Part shown: positions 1 to 8,452 of the stretch, one piece after another
Numbering within the stretch: position 1 is the stretch's first letter
How the letters are laid out: each line of letters opens with the position of its first letter
Source: Fidelibacterota bacterium
GTDB taxonomy: Bacteria > Fidelibacterota > Marinisomatia > Marinisomatales > S15-B10
Reading direction: 5' to 3'
Assembly: GCA_046861655.1 (NCBI GenBank)
Contig: JBHIAI010000050.1
Span: 1 to 12,274 of the forward strand
Length of the DNA stretch: 12,274 bases
The notes under the pieces: generated by a model
Told to the model about the DNA's origin: nothing
What the model saw: only the letters and a program-made list of their open reading frames with translations
Database searches by the model: none
Made by a program: the position numbers and the translations under genes

Positions 1-143
1 GGTTATGTGCACCCAGCTAAAGGAGAGGTTTGTGTGGGAAGGAAGACGGGGATTTCCCGATGGTCGGGAGGCCCAGTCTGGGGGACGGGGACCGGGGGAG
101 GCTACAAAAGGGTCGTCAGGGGGAGCCTAGACGGGGAGAGAAT

Positions 144-626
144 CTACTCCAGGATCACGGAGGGGATGGGACTCTCCTGGCCGGTTTCCTCTGGAGGGAC
201 CGACCCCTCCTGGGAAACAATCCGGCGGATGATGAACACGGCGAACAGAACCACGGCAAGAAGAAGGGCAACTTTGATCAAATCGGACCGGATCTGGTAG
301 GACGTTCGGCCGGGGACCCTGACCTCCGGTTCCTTTTCTTCCATGTCCCTTTCTATCTCCTCCGCGATCTCTTCTTCTGGCGGCTCCCGGCCCTCCTCCT
401 TCGATAGATGAATCTCAAGCTGATTCAGGATATCCTTGGGCTCAGCACCGACTTCGATGGCGTAAGCCCGGAGAAAGAGGCGAACGTACACATGGGGCAG
501 AAAAGAAAAGTCGCCCGATTCGATGGCCTCAAGATAGGTGAGGTTGATCTTGGTGCGATTGGAAACCTCCTGGAGATCGATTTCCTGTTTTTCGCGGAGG
601 GTTTTGAGTTCGGTATAGAAGGGCAC
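144..626 (-). CDS. RodZ-like XRE/HTH_25 helix-turn-helix membrane protein, short form
   Basis: N-terminal 'ELKTLREKQEIDLQEVSNRTKINLTYLEAIESGDFSFLPHVYVRLFLRAYA' matches the RodZ cytoplasmic HTH pattern, then an acidic linker and one TM helix (VALLLAVVLFAVFII). TAG stop at 146-144. The ORF track starts at 677, but GTG 626 is preferred because a promoter-like motif occupies 656-685. ATG 665 is an alternative. Confidence 0.8.
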   Translation of the reverse strand: MPFYTELKTLREKQEIDLQEVSNRTKINLTYLEAIESGDFSFLPHVYVRLFLRAYAIEVGAEPKDILNQLEIHLSKEEGREPPEEEIAEEIERDMEEKEPEVRVPGRTSYQIRSDLIKVALLLAVVLFAVFIIRRIVSQEGSVPPEETGQESPIPSVILE

Positions 627-655
627 CAACGGTTCGCTTCCCACTGAGGCAGAAA

Positions 656-685
656 AAGTTACCATCTTCTCCTGCACCTTTTCAA
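656..685 (-). promoter_or_regulatory. Putative sigma70 promoter for the rodZ-like gene
   Basis: Minus strand reads TTGAAA (685-680), 18-nt spacer, TAACTT (661-656), with an extended -10 TGn. It lies about 30 nt upstream of GTG 626. Confidence 0.5.
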
Positions 686-717
686 CATATATTGTGGGGC
701 TGAAATGGGAAGAACTG

Positions 718-3700
718 TCATCGATACTTGGCCAGCTTCCCGATGTGGGTCACCTTCTTTCCCTTTCCCAGGGGATCGGCCGTCAGTTCGTAGAGGTAAG
801 CACCGTTGGCAATCTCCTGATCAAAATCATCCTGTCCGTCCCAGTCAACATAGGAGTATCCCAGGAAGGTGTCGAGAGGCCGGATTTCCTTGATCAATTG
901 TCCCGAAAGGGTGTAGACCCTGATCGTTATCTCCGCTTCCCGGTTGACTTCGAAGGCGAACTGGGTCCCACGGGCAAAGGGGTTGGGGTAGTTGAATACC
1001 CGGGTCAGGGTGAGGTCTTCCGCTGTGGAAACAGACAGGGCGATGGATTTTTGCGCCACATTGTTCGCGTTATCCCAGGCCTGGACGGTTACCACCGTTT
1101 CCGCCCGTGGAAGTCGTGCTGTGGGATAGGTCAGGGATCCCGAGGTCATATCCTGAACGTCATAGACAAACCGATCCGTGAGATCCACAGGATCCGTTTC
1201 GTCTTCATTCAGCCACAGGAGGATAGAGTGCCCCACCTCCTCCGTGAGGTTTATTCCCAGGGGATCGGTCAGCTCGATGACGAGATCGTTGTCCTCAGGC
1301 ACCTGGTCACCCCATCCCAGGAGGCGGTCATCCAAGCGGAAGGTGATGATGGGGCCATCCTGGTCCAGGGGATTGGTCACCCCCGGGGCGAACACAAGGT
1401 TCTCTTTCACCCCCAGGGCTTCCCACAAACCGGTCTCATCCCGGCTGTACAGGTAGACGTTCAGGCGACCGTTTGCCGTGGTGTAGTTGATGTCCTTGGG
1501 AACGATGAATCGCCCGCTGAACTGGCTCTCATCATACTGGATGAGGCCCCGGAACAGGGTGCCACCCGCAAGGGTATAGGAAATGTCCTCCTCGTAGGAC
1601 TGGAATTGGTAGTGCCTGACCACCGTCCGGTCCGCGTCGGACACCACGGCGTATCCCTGTCCCCGGCTCGGGTCCTCCTCTCCCACCTGTCCCGAAAACG
1701 AACCTGTTTTCAGGGCTACAAGGGTGTCGGGACCGACGGAGTCAATGGAAACGGTGTGGGAGGTGAGTGCCAGTTTGAGGGCCGGGTCCCCGAACAGGTG
1801 GAAAAGCTGGCTTCTTGGGGACCCGTCCTTGATGGTATGAAAGACTGCCCCCAGGGTACCGGAGGTTACCTTTCCCTGTGGGAAAAAGCTCTCAAAAAGG
1901 TCCAGGATGAACTGTTTGTTTTCAGCGAACGTTATGATACCTGTGGTTGAGATGACAGCCACGCCGCCGTTCTCGGGTTCTCTCAGGATCTCCTCGCTCA
2001 GGGCGTTTCCGTCCACCTGATCGTACCGTCCCCAGCTGCAGGTGGCCGCCATCCAGATGGGGAGCCTCATCCCGGTGTTGATGTTGGCCAGATCCCCTCT
2101 GGCCCCAGACAGGAGGGCCTCCTGGGCCCACTGGAGAGGGGAACCGTGGCCGATATAATTCAGCAGAACGGTTCCTTTCTCCAGGGCCTCAAACAGGGCC
2201 TCGGTGGCATCGGGGCGGGTGACGCCGAACTGGGTTCCCGTGTTCACCTCCGGGAAGTCTTCCATGTAGATTTTCTTCACCTGTACGGTGGCGGGAATCT
2301 TTGCGGCCACCTTTTCGCTGTTCTTGACGTGGGTGAGTTCTATGGGACCGAAATTGGGCCGGGCGAAGTCGTCGGCCACGAGGGTCACCCGCCTCCGCCA
2401 CAGGCCCAGGTCGGGTTCGGTTTCGTATGCGATAATCTTGTCCACCATGTTAGCCGCGTCGCGGGCTGTCACCGCGGGCAGTCGACCCGTGGCGATCTCC
2501 GGCAGAGTGCCTTCCAGGTAGCTGAATCTCTCATCAGAAGAGACCGCGCCCGTCTCTGGAGATTGGAATGTGGGGACGCGCATCTGTGAATTCCCCGTGA
2601 TGTTCCTGTAGTCGAAATCCCCATCTCCCAGTAAGACCAGGTAACTGGCGTAACTGTTGTCCCCCGGATCCCTCCAGTTTTGTTTTATCCACTTGAGGAA
2701 CATGCGGATGGCCAGGGGATCGGGCACGCCGCCGGAGAATTCATCGTAGATGGCCTCCAAGGGAGCCACCAGCGACCCGGTCCGGTGTCCGGCCAGAGCT
2801 TCTGCGGCGTCCAGGAACTCCTCGGGCGAGATCACGATATGGTCCACAGGATACACGGCCGGGGAGGTTCTCAACCTGGAGAAACTCTGGGTCTCCTCGA
2901 GCACCAGGGAGGTGACATCCCAGGCATCCTCCTCCCTGAAGGCTATGAAGCGGGCCACCCTGTCGGCGGGGAGAAACGTTTGGAAATATCCTGTGCCCAC
3001 GCCAAAGTCAAGGACCCGTTGAACGGGGGTAAGAAAATCGGTCACGTCCCAAACCCGAACCGTGGCGTTGGCGTTGGCCAGGGCGAACTCCGCGTGGAGA
3101 TCGTTGAACGGCGCCCAGAACTCCAGGTAAGTATCCTCCCAGACCAGCTCCCGCCCGTACCTCAAGGTGGACCAATCCAGAAAAATCTTGGAGCCCTCAT
3201 CCGTTGAGGCGTTCTCGAACACAATCCGGTTGGGTCCATCCGTGAGGATTTCCGTGCGCAGGTCTCGGGTGAAGGATCGCGTGTCCAGACCTGACCAGCT
3301 GGCAGAGACGAGCCTCCAACCGGTGGTGCTTCCCTGATAGACATTGATCCGGTGAAAAGGGCGGTCTTCCGAGGAGAGGGCTGCGCCCCCGAACACCTGG
3401 GTGGTCAGGGATGCCTCCACATTTTCCTTGGGGAGGGACAGGTTGAATACGGCCGGCACGGTTTGATTCCGCGTGATCCCCGCCCCGACCCACAGTAGTC
3501 CCCCTTCGAACGGATTCTGAAGGTCGTCCTCCAGGTGGTGGTAGGCGATGCCAAAATCGAGGGGGAAGGAGGTATCGTAGGTCGTGTCCAGAACGGTTAT
3601 CCTCTTCCCGTGAAGTTCGGGATCGTCGGGGATGTTCATCCAATAGGTGTTGACATTGGCATAGGGATTCTGCACGTAGGTCGCCGATTCCGGGCTGTTG

Positions 3701-4533
3701 CTCTCGAACCCACTGGGACCCTGCCCGAAAAACAGGATGGCGTCTTCGGGATCGAAAGTCCTGTCGTCCGAGCCGGTGACCTGAATAGCCACTTCCACAA
3801 GGTTGTCGGGAATCTCAGCCTGAGGGTCTGAGGAGAGGGGACGCCCTCCCCGGGGATTGGTGAACATATGAAGGGTCCGGGGATCCACGTCGCCAGGTTT
3901 GAGACCCAGGGCCTCCAGCTGGGCCGCGGTTATCCTGTAGATATGGTCCTGTGGAACGGTGATCCGCACCCAGTCGCCTTCCGGCAAAACCGACGGAATC
4001 GCCCGGGAACGCCTCCGGGGAGGGGCCACCCACTGCCGGGCCACTTCCCAGTTCACGATGCGGCTTTCATACAGGGATTCTTCGACTTTTCCGACCTTGC
4101 GGGAAGGGCCCCTCCCGGCTGGAAAACGGACCGAAAACACCGCCTCGTTGACGAAGAACGTTTCTTCCCCCCGGGTTATGAGAGGTGACACGACCAGAAT
4201 ACCAGCTTCCAGGTCCCGGTAACGCTGCCTGGCCCCCCAGAATACGGCATTTTCCGGCGGGTCGAAGTGGTACGGCGGGGACAGACCACGAGGGAAGGGG
4301 CGGGTATCCAGGTGCTCCAGGGTAAGGGGGGCGGGACCAGGGGACGGCAGCCCCACTGTCAATCGTACCGGCTCCAGTTCGTGGGACGGATCCAGGGGCC
4401 CGAATCGGACCGACAGGGTCAGCCCGCTCCGGTCGCTTTTCACGATTCGCCAGGCCCGGCCAGGAACCGCGGTGACCACGAAAAGTATCAGGAAAAGGAC
4501 AGAAAAGGGTCCGGGTCTCAGGTTAGGTTTCAA
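718..4533 (-). CDS. porU: Type IX secretion system sortase PorU (peptidase family C25) with C-terminal T9SS/FlgD-Ig-like domain
   Basis: PorU/C25 motifs in order: SVLPEGDWVRITV, YLVLLGDGDFDYR, GRLPA, LLNYIGHG (catalytic His, codon 2148-2146), AATCSWGRYD (catalytic Cys, codon 2040-2038), LFGDPAL, DPLGINL..VGH, QAWDNANN, VFNYPNPF, WDGQDD..ANGAYLY, terminal GKLAKYR. The ORF is open to 4635. TTG 4533 gives a typical Sec signal peptide (MKPNLRPGPFSVLFLILFVVTAVPGRA-W), but the start is uncertain. Confidence 0.88.
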   Translation of the reverse strand: MKPNLRPGPFSVLFLILFVVTAVPGRAWRIVKSDRSGLTLSVRFGPLDPSHELEPVRLTVGLPSPGPAPLTLEHLDTRPFPRGLSPPYHFDPPENAVFWGARQRYRDLEAGILVVSPLITRGEETFFVNEAVFSVRFPAGRGPSRKVGKVEESLYESRIVNWEVARQWVAPPRRRSRAIPSVLPEGDWVRITVPQDHIYRITAAQLEALGLKPGDVDPRTLHMFTNPRGGRPLSSDPQAEIPDNLVEVAIQVTGSDDRTFDPEDAILFFGQGPSGFESNSPESATYVQNPYANVNTYWMNIPDDPELHGKRITVLDTTYDTSFPLDFGIAYHHLEDDLQNPFEGGLLWVGAGITRNQTVPAVFNLSLPKENVEASLTTQVFGGAALSSEDRPFHRINVYQGSTTGWRLVSASWSGLDTRSFTRDLRTEILTDGPNRIVFENASTDEGSKIFLDWSTLRYGRELVWEDTYLEFWAPFNDLHAEFALANANATVRVWDVTDFLTPVQRVLDFGVGTGYFQTFLPADRVARFIAFREEDAWDVTSLVLEETQSFSRLRTSPAVYPVDHIVISPEEFLDAAEALAGHRTGSLVAPLEAIYDEFSGGVPDPLAIRMFLKWIKQNWRDPGDNSYASYLVLLGDGDFDYRNITGNSQMRVPTFQSPETGAVSSDERFSYLEGTLPEIATGRLPAVTARDAANMVDKIIAYETEPDLGLWRRRVTLVADDFARPNFGPIELTHVKNSEKVAAKIPATVQVKKIYMEDFPEVNTGTQFGVTRPDATEALFEALEKGTVLLNYIGHGSPLQWAQEALLSGARGDLANINTGMRLPIWMAATCSWGRYDQVDGNALSEEILREPENGGVAVISTTGIITFAENKQFILDLFESFFPQGKVTSGTLGAVFHTIKDGSPRSQLFHLFGDPALKLALTSHTVSIDSVGPDTLVALKTGSFSGQVGEEDPSRGQGYAVVSDADRTVVRHYQFQSYEEDISYTLAGGTLFRGLIQYDESQFSGRFIVPKDINYTTANGRLNVYLYSRDETGLWEALGVKENLVFAPGVTNPLDQDGPIITFRLDDRLLGWGDQVPEDNDLVIELTDPLGINLTEEVGHSILLWLNEDETDPVDLTDRFVYDVQDMTSGSLTYPTARLPRAETVVTVQAWDNANNVAQKSIALSVSTAEDLTLTRVFNYPNPFARGTQFAFEVNREAEITIRVYTLSGQLIKEIRPLDTFLGYSYVDWDGQDDFDQEIANGAYLYELTADPLGKGKKVTHIGKLAKYR

Positions 4534-4602
4534 CGTCGTGAGAAACGGGCGAAGGCTCAGGGATATTGAATGTATTGAGATAGGTATCCGGGTTGATTGA
4601 GT

Positions 4603-4631
4603 TTGAAATTTCGTACCCCCAGGTGTAATTT
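4603..4631 (+). promoter_or_regulatory. Putative sigma70 promoter for aconitase
   Basis: TTGAAA (4603-4608), 17-nt spacer, TAATTT (4626-4631), inside a conspicuously AT-rich patch. Confidence 0.55.
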
Positions 4632-4635
4632 TCAA
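4606..4635 (-). promoter_or_regulatory. Possible overlapping divergent promoter for porU
   Basis: Minus strand reads TTGAAA (4635-4630), then 17 nt to GAAATT (4612-4607) or 18 nt to AAATTT. The -10 is imperfect. Confidence 0.35.
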
Positions 4636-4726
4636 CGCTTCTTCCGTCTTAAACGACGCCCGGTCGCGGGTGTTTCTGCATAACCTGGCAGGTTCGCCTG
4701 TACACCATCGGAAAGGTTAGGGATTC

Positions 4727-7033
4727 ATGGCTGAAAATGCTCTGCCTGACGACCTCCGTTTCATCGAGGACCTGTACCGGTCGTATCCGGAGAAGGTAAC
4801 TCAAGCCCGAAAACTGTTCGGTCGGCCCCTGACGTTTACCGAAAAGGTTCTGAACGCTCATCTCCACACCCCTCTGACTGGGGTACCTCGCCGTTTTTCC
4901 ACCTATGTCAATTTCTCTCCGGACAGGGTGGCCATGCAGGATGCCACCGCCCAGATGGCCCTGCTCCAGTTCATGCAATCCAAACGGACCGACACGGCCG
5001 TTCCCACCACCGTCCACTGTGATCATCTTATCCGGGCCCAGATGGGGGCCAGGGATGATCTTGAAAAGGCGAAATCGGAAAACAGCGAAATATACGACTT
5101 CCTGCTGACCGCTTCCCAGAAGTACGGCATCGGATTCTGGAAACCCGGGTCGGGCATTATTCACCAGATCATCCTGGAGAACTATGCCTTTCCCGGGGGC
5201 ATGATGGTTGGGACCGATTCTCACACCCCCAACGCCGGCGGACTGGCTATGGTGGCCATCGGTGTGGGGGGTGCCGATGCTGTGGACGTGATGGCTGACA
5301 TGCCCTGGGAGCTGCCGTGGCCGGGAATTATCGGAGTGAAGTTGACAGGCAGTTTGAGCGGATGGGCGTCCGCGAAGGACGTCATCCTGAAACTGGCCGG
5401 CATCCTGACGGTGAAGGGGGGCACGGGAAAGATCATCGAGTATTTCGGCAGCGGAACGGAATCCATCAGTTGCACGGGGAAAGCGACCATCACCAATATG
5501 GGTGCGGAGCTCGGCGCTACCACCTCGGTGTTTCCCTACGACGATCGAATGGCCACCTATCTCAAGGCGACAGGTCGGGAGGGGGTTGCCGTACGGGCGG
5601 AACCGGTGCGGAGCGATCTGGCGGCCGATCCGGAGGTGGAGGAGAATCCCGGGGAGTTCTTCGACGAGGTTGTGGAGATCAACCTGTCTGAACTGGAACC
5701 GTACGTGGTGGGTCCCTTCACCCCTGACCTGGCCCGGCCCATTTCCCAGCTGGCCCGGGAAGTGAGGGAGAAGGGCTACCCCGAGGACATCAGTGTGGCT
5801 CTGGTCGGAAGCTGTACCAATTCGTCCTATGAGGATATCGAACGGGCATCCCACGTGGCCCGTCAGGCGGCGGACCTGGGTCTCAAAGCGGCCGTTCCTT
5901 TTCTCGTGACCCCGGGGTCTGAACAGATCCGGGCCACCATTAAGCGGGACGGCCAGCTCGATCACCTCACCCGGATGGGAGGGCTGGTTTTGGCCAACGC
6001 CTGCGGTCCGTGTATCGGCCAGTGGAATCGATTGGATACCAAAGAGGGGGATAAGAATTCCATTCTCACCTCTTTCAACCGCAATTTTTCCCGCCGAAAC
6101 GATGGAAATCCGGCCACTCACGCATTCATCGGCTCCCCGGAGATTGTGACAGCCATAGCCCTTGGCGGCAAGCTGACCTTCAACCCCCTGACCGACCCGT
6201 TACTCACCCAGGATGGACGCCAGGTCATGCTCACCGAGCCGGTGGGAGACGAACTGCCCGCCAGGGGATTCCATAAGGGCCGGGGAGGATACGTTCATCC
6301 TCCGAGAGAAAGGGAACGGATCGCAGTCAAGGTCTCTCCCGACAGCAACCGCCTTCAGCTTCTCAAACCCTTTTCTCCCTGGGAGGGAGAAGACCTGGAG
6401 GACCTTCCCGTCCTGCTGAAAGCGGAGGGCAAGTGCACCACGGATCACATTTCCCCGGCTGGACCGTGGCTCAGGTTCCGAGGACACCTGGACAACATTT
6501 CCGACAATCTGTTCATCGCAGCCGTCAATGCTTTTACCGGGGAGGCGGGAAAAGGGAAAAACGTCCTCACCGGTGAAAAGGGCGTTCCATTCAGTGATAT
6601 CGCCAGGGATTACAGATCGAAAGGGATCGGCTGGGTGGCCATCGGGGATGAGAATTACGGCGAGGGTTCCAGCCGAGAGCATGCCGCCATGGAGCCCCGA
6701 CACCTGGGCGGCAGGACCGTCGTGGCGAAAAGTTTCGCCCGGATCCACGAAACCAACCTCAAGAAACAGGGCGTTCTGGCCCTTACCTTTTCCGACCCCG
6801 CCGACTATGACGAAATCCGCGAAGATGACAGGATCTCCATCCGTGGATTTGACCGGTTCGCACCGGGAAGGCCCCTTCAGATGGTGATCTCCCATCCCGA
6901 CGGTTCCAGCAGGACCGTTGAGCTCAACCATACCTATTCTCCCATCCAGATTGACTGGTTCAAGGCCGGATCGGCCCTGAACCTGATCGCCCGGTCCGGA
7001 CCTGACCACCGCTCACGGGGAGACCGGGGGTAA
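4727..7033 (+). CDS. Aconitate hydratase, mitochondrial-type clade
   Basis: 768 aa. Motifs [44 protein letters not shown] and [10 protein letters not shown] (three 4Fe-4S Cys ligands), [42 protein letters not shown] and WFKAGSALN are characteristic of mitochondrial-like aconitases rather than E. coli AcnA or AcnB. Confidence 0.95.
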   Translation: MAENALPDDLRFIEDLYRSYPEKVTQARKLFGRPLTFTEKVLNAHLHTPLTGVPRRFSTYVNFSPDRVAMQDATAQMALLQFMQSKRTDTAVPTTVHCDHLIRAQMGARDDLEKAKSENSEIYDFLLTASQKYGIGFWKPGSGIIHQIILENYAFPGGMMVGTDSHTPNAGGLAMVAIGVGGADAVDVMADMPWELPWPGIIGVKLTGSLSGWASAKDVILKLAGILTVKGGTGKIIEYFGSGTESISCTGKATITNMGAELGATTSVFPYDDRMATYLKATGREGVAVRAEPVRSDLAADPEVEENPGEFFDEVVEINLSELEPYVVGPFTPDLARPISQLAREVREKGYPEDISVALVGSCTNSSYEDIERASHVARQAADLGLKAAVPFLVTPGSEQIRATIKRDGQLDHLTRMGGLVLANACGPCIGQWNRLDTKEGDKNSILTSFNRNFSRRNDGNPATHAFIGSPEIVTAIALGGKLTFNPLTDPLLTQDGRQVMLTEPVGDELPARGFHKGRGGYVHPPRERERIAVKVSPDSNRLQLLKPFSPWEGEDLEDLPVLLKAEGKCTTDHISPAGPWLRFRGHLDNISDNLFIAAVNAFTGEAGKGKNVLTGEKGVPFSDIARDYRSKGIGWVAIGDENYGEGSSREHAAMEPRHLGGRTVVAKSFARIHETNLKKQGVLALTFSDPADYDEIREDDRISIRGFDRFAPGRPLQMVISHPDGSSRTVELNHTYSPIQIDWFKAGSALNLIARSGPDHRSRGDRG

Positions 7034-7063
7034 TTCCTCCCAGCCCGATTCAGGGGAAATCTC

Positions 7064-7093
7064 TTGCATAGGTCTCGAGAGGTCGGGTAAATT
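7064..7093 (+). promoter_or_regulatory. Putative sigma70 promoter for the ffh cluster
   Basis: TTGCAT (7064-7069), 18-nt spacer, TAAATT (7088-7093), 27 nt upstream of the ffh ATG. Confidence 0.5.
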
Positions 7094-7120
7094 TCCCCGC
7101 TTTACCAAGAGAGAAACTCC

Positions 7121-8452
7121 ATGTTTCAGCAGCTCCAGGACAGGTTTTCCCACATCGTTCGGCATCTTCGCGGTCTGGGCAAGATCACCGACGCCAACAT
7201 CGCGGAGACGGGCCGCGAAATTCGGCGGGTTCTTCTGCAGGCGGATGTGAACTATCAGGTAGCGAAAGATTTTGTGGAGCGGGTTACGGACCGGGCCCGG
7301 GGGACCCCCGTTCTTACGTCTGTTTCCCCGGGACAGCAGTTTGTGAAGATCCTCCATGAGGAACTCACCCGGCTTCTGGGAAGAAGCGTGGAGCCCGTCC
7401 GGTACAGCGAGACCCCTCCGACGCTCATTCTGGTGGCCGGACTCCAGGGTTCGGGAAAAACGACCACCGTGGCGAAACTTGCCAGTCGCATTCGATCGGA
7501 GGGGAGGAATCCCTATTTGGTCGCCGGGGATGTCTACCGTCCCGCTGCTGTGGAGCAGCTCAAGATTCTGGTGGACGACCTGGGGGTTCCGGCCTGGTCG
7601 GAAGAGCGGGGGGACCCAGTGGACATCAGCCGGCATGGAATAGAGAATGCCGTGGCTGCCGGTCATGACGTGGTTATTCTGGACACAGCGGGTCGTCTCC
7701 ACGTGGACACAGAAATGATGGAAGAAATCATACAGATTGCCGAATCTACCCATCCCCATGAGGTTCTTTTCGTGGTGGATGGCATGTCGGGCCAGGATGC
7801 TGTCACGAGTGCCACCGCGTTTTCCGAGGCCCTGGATATCACGGGGACGATTCTCACCAAGTTGGATGGGGACGCCCGGGGGGGAGCCGCCCTTTCCATC
7901 ACGGCTGTTACGGGGAAGCCAATCAAGTTCGTGGGAACGGGAGAACAGTTGGACGCTCTGGAGCCATTCCACCCGGAACGGATGGCGTCCCGGATTCTGG
8001 GGATGGGAGACGTGGTCAGTCTGGTGGAAAAGGCTCAGAAAGCCGTGGATGAAACTCAAGGGAAAAAGACGGCCAGGACGCATAAGGAGGGTGTCTTTAC
8101 TCTGGAGGACTTCCGGGACCAGTTGAAGCAGGTCCAGACCATGGGTTCAGTACAGGAGCTTGTGCAAATGATCCCCGGTGCCGGTCGTTGGGCGAAGGGT
8201 TTGGACCTGGATGAAAACCGCGTGGTTTGGGCGGAGGCCATTATCAGCGGAATGACTCCTGAAGAGCGTGAGGACCCTTCCATCATCGATGGCAGCCGGC
8301 GGCGTCGCATCGCCCTGGGAAGCGGTCGACCGGTACAGGAAGTCAATACACTTTTGAAGGAGTTTTTTGAATTGAGAAAGATTATCAAGAATTTGTCGAA
8401 GGTGCCGTCCCGGTCCGGGTTCAGACGAGGACGGCCAGGCATGTGGCGATAA
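7121..8452 (+). CDS. ffh: Signal recognition particle protein Ffh (SRP54)
   Basis: NG domain (LLQADVN, GLQGSGKTTT, DVYRPAA, DTAGR, TKLDGDARGG, FHPERMASRILGMGD) plus M domain (FTLEDF, MTPEER, SRRRRIALGSG). Confidence 0.97.
   Translation: MFQQLQDRFSHIVRHLRGLGKITDANIAETGREIRRVLLQADVNYQVAKDFVERVTDRARGTPVLTSVSPGQQFVKILHEELTRLLGRSVEPVRYSETPPTLILVAGLQGSGKTTTVAKLASRIRSEGRNPYLVAGDVYRPAAVEQLKILVDDLGVPAWSEERGDPVDISRHGIENAVAAGHDVVILDTAGRLHVDTEMMEEIIQIAESTHPHEVLFVVDGMSGQDAVTSATAFSEALDITGTILTKLDGDARGGAALSITAVTGKPIKFVGTGEQLDALEPFHPERMASRILGMGDVVSLVEKAQKAVDETQGKKTARTHKEGVFTLEDFRDQLKQVQTMGSVQELVQMIPGAGRWAKGLDLDENRVVWAEAIISGMTPEEREDPSIIDGSRRRRIALGSGRPVQEVNTLLKEFFELRKIIKNLSKVPSRSGFRRGRPGMWR

Noticed and set aside
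102..146. Possible TAG read-through or frameshift extending the RodZ-like protein
   Set aside because: A second in-frame TAG follows after only 13 sense codons, and both other frames stop sooner. All other genes use standard stops.
20..407. SD-like AAGGAGAGG before the 125-aa plus-strand ORF 30..407
   Set aside because: The ORF is mostly antisense to the rodZ-like gene, and the purine run is explained by the local G skew.
694..1950. 418-aa plus-strand ORF, plus other ORFs at 2146-4569, antisense to porU
   Set aside because: Shadow ORFs of a GC-rich gene. They have no recognisable motifs and lie opposite a well-supported CDS.
4649..7009. 490-aa and 269-aa minus-strand ORFs opposite aconitase
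   Set aside because: Antisense shadow frames caused by codon bias, with no family features.
7034..7120. SRP 4.5S RNA or ylxM next to ffh
   Set aside because: No SRP domain IV motif (CAGG..GGAA..AGCAG) is seen in any intergenic region, and there is no room for ylxM.
7013..8083. 356-aa minus-strand ORF opposite ffh
   Set aside because: Antisense shadow of a highly conserved gene.
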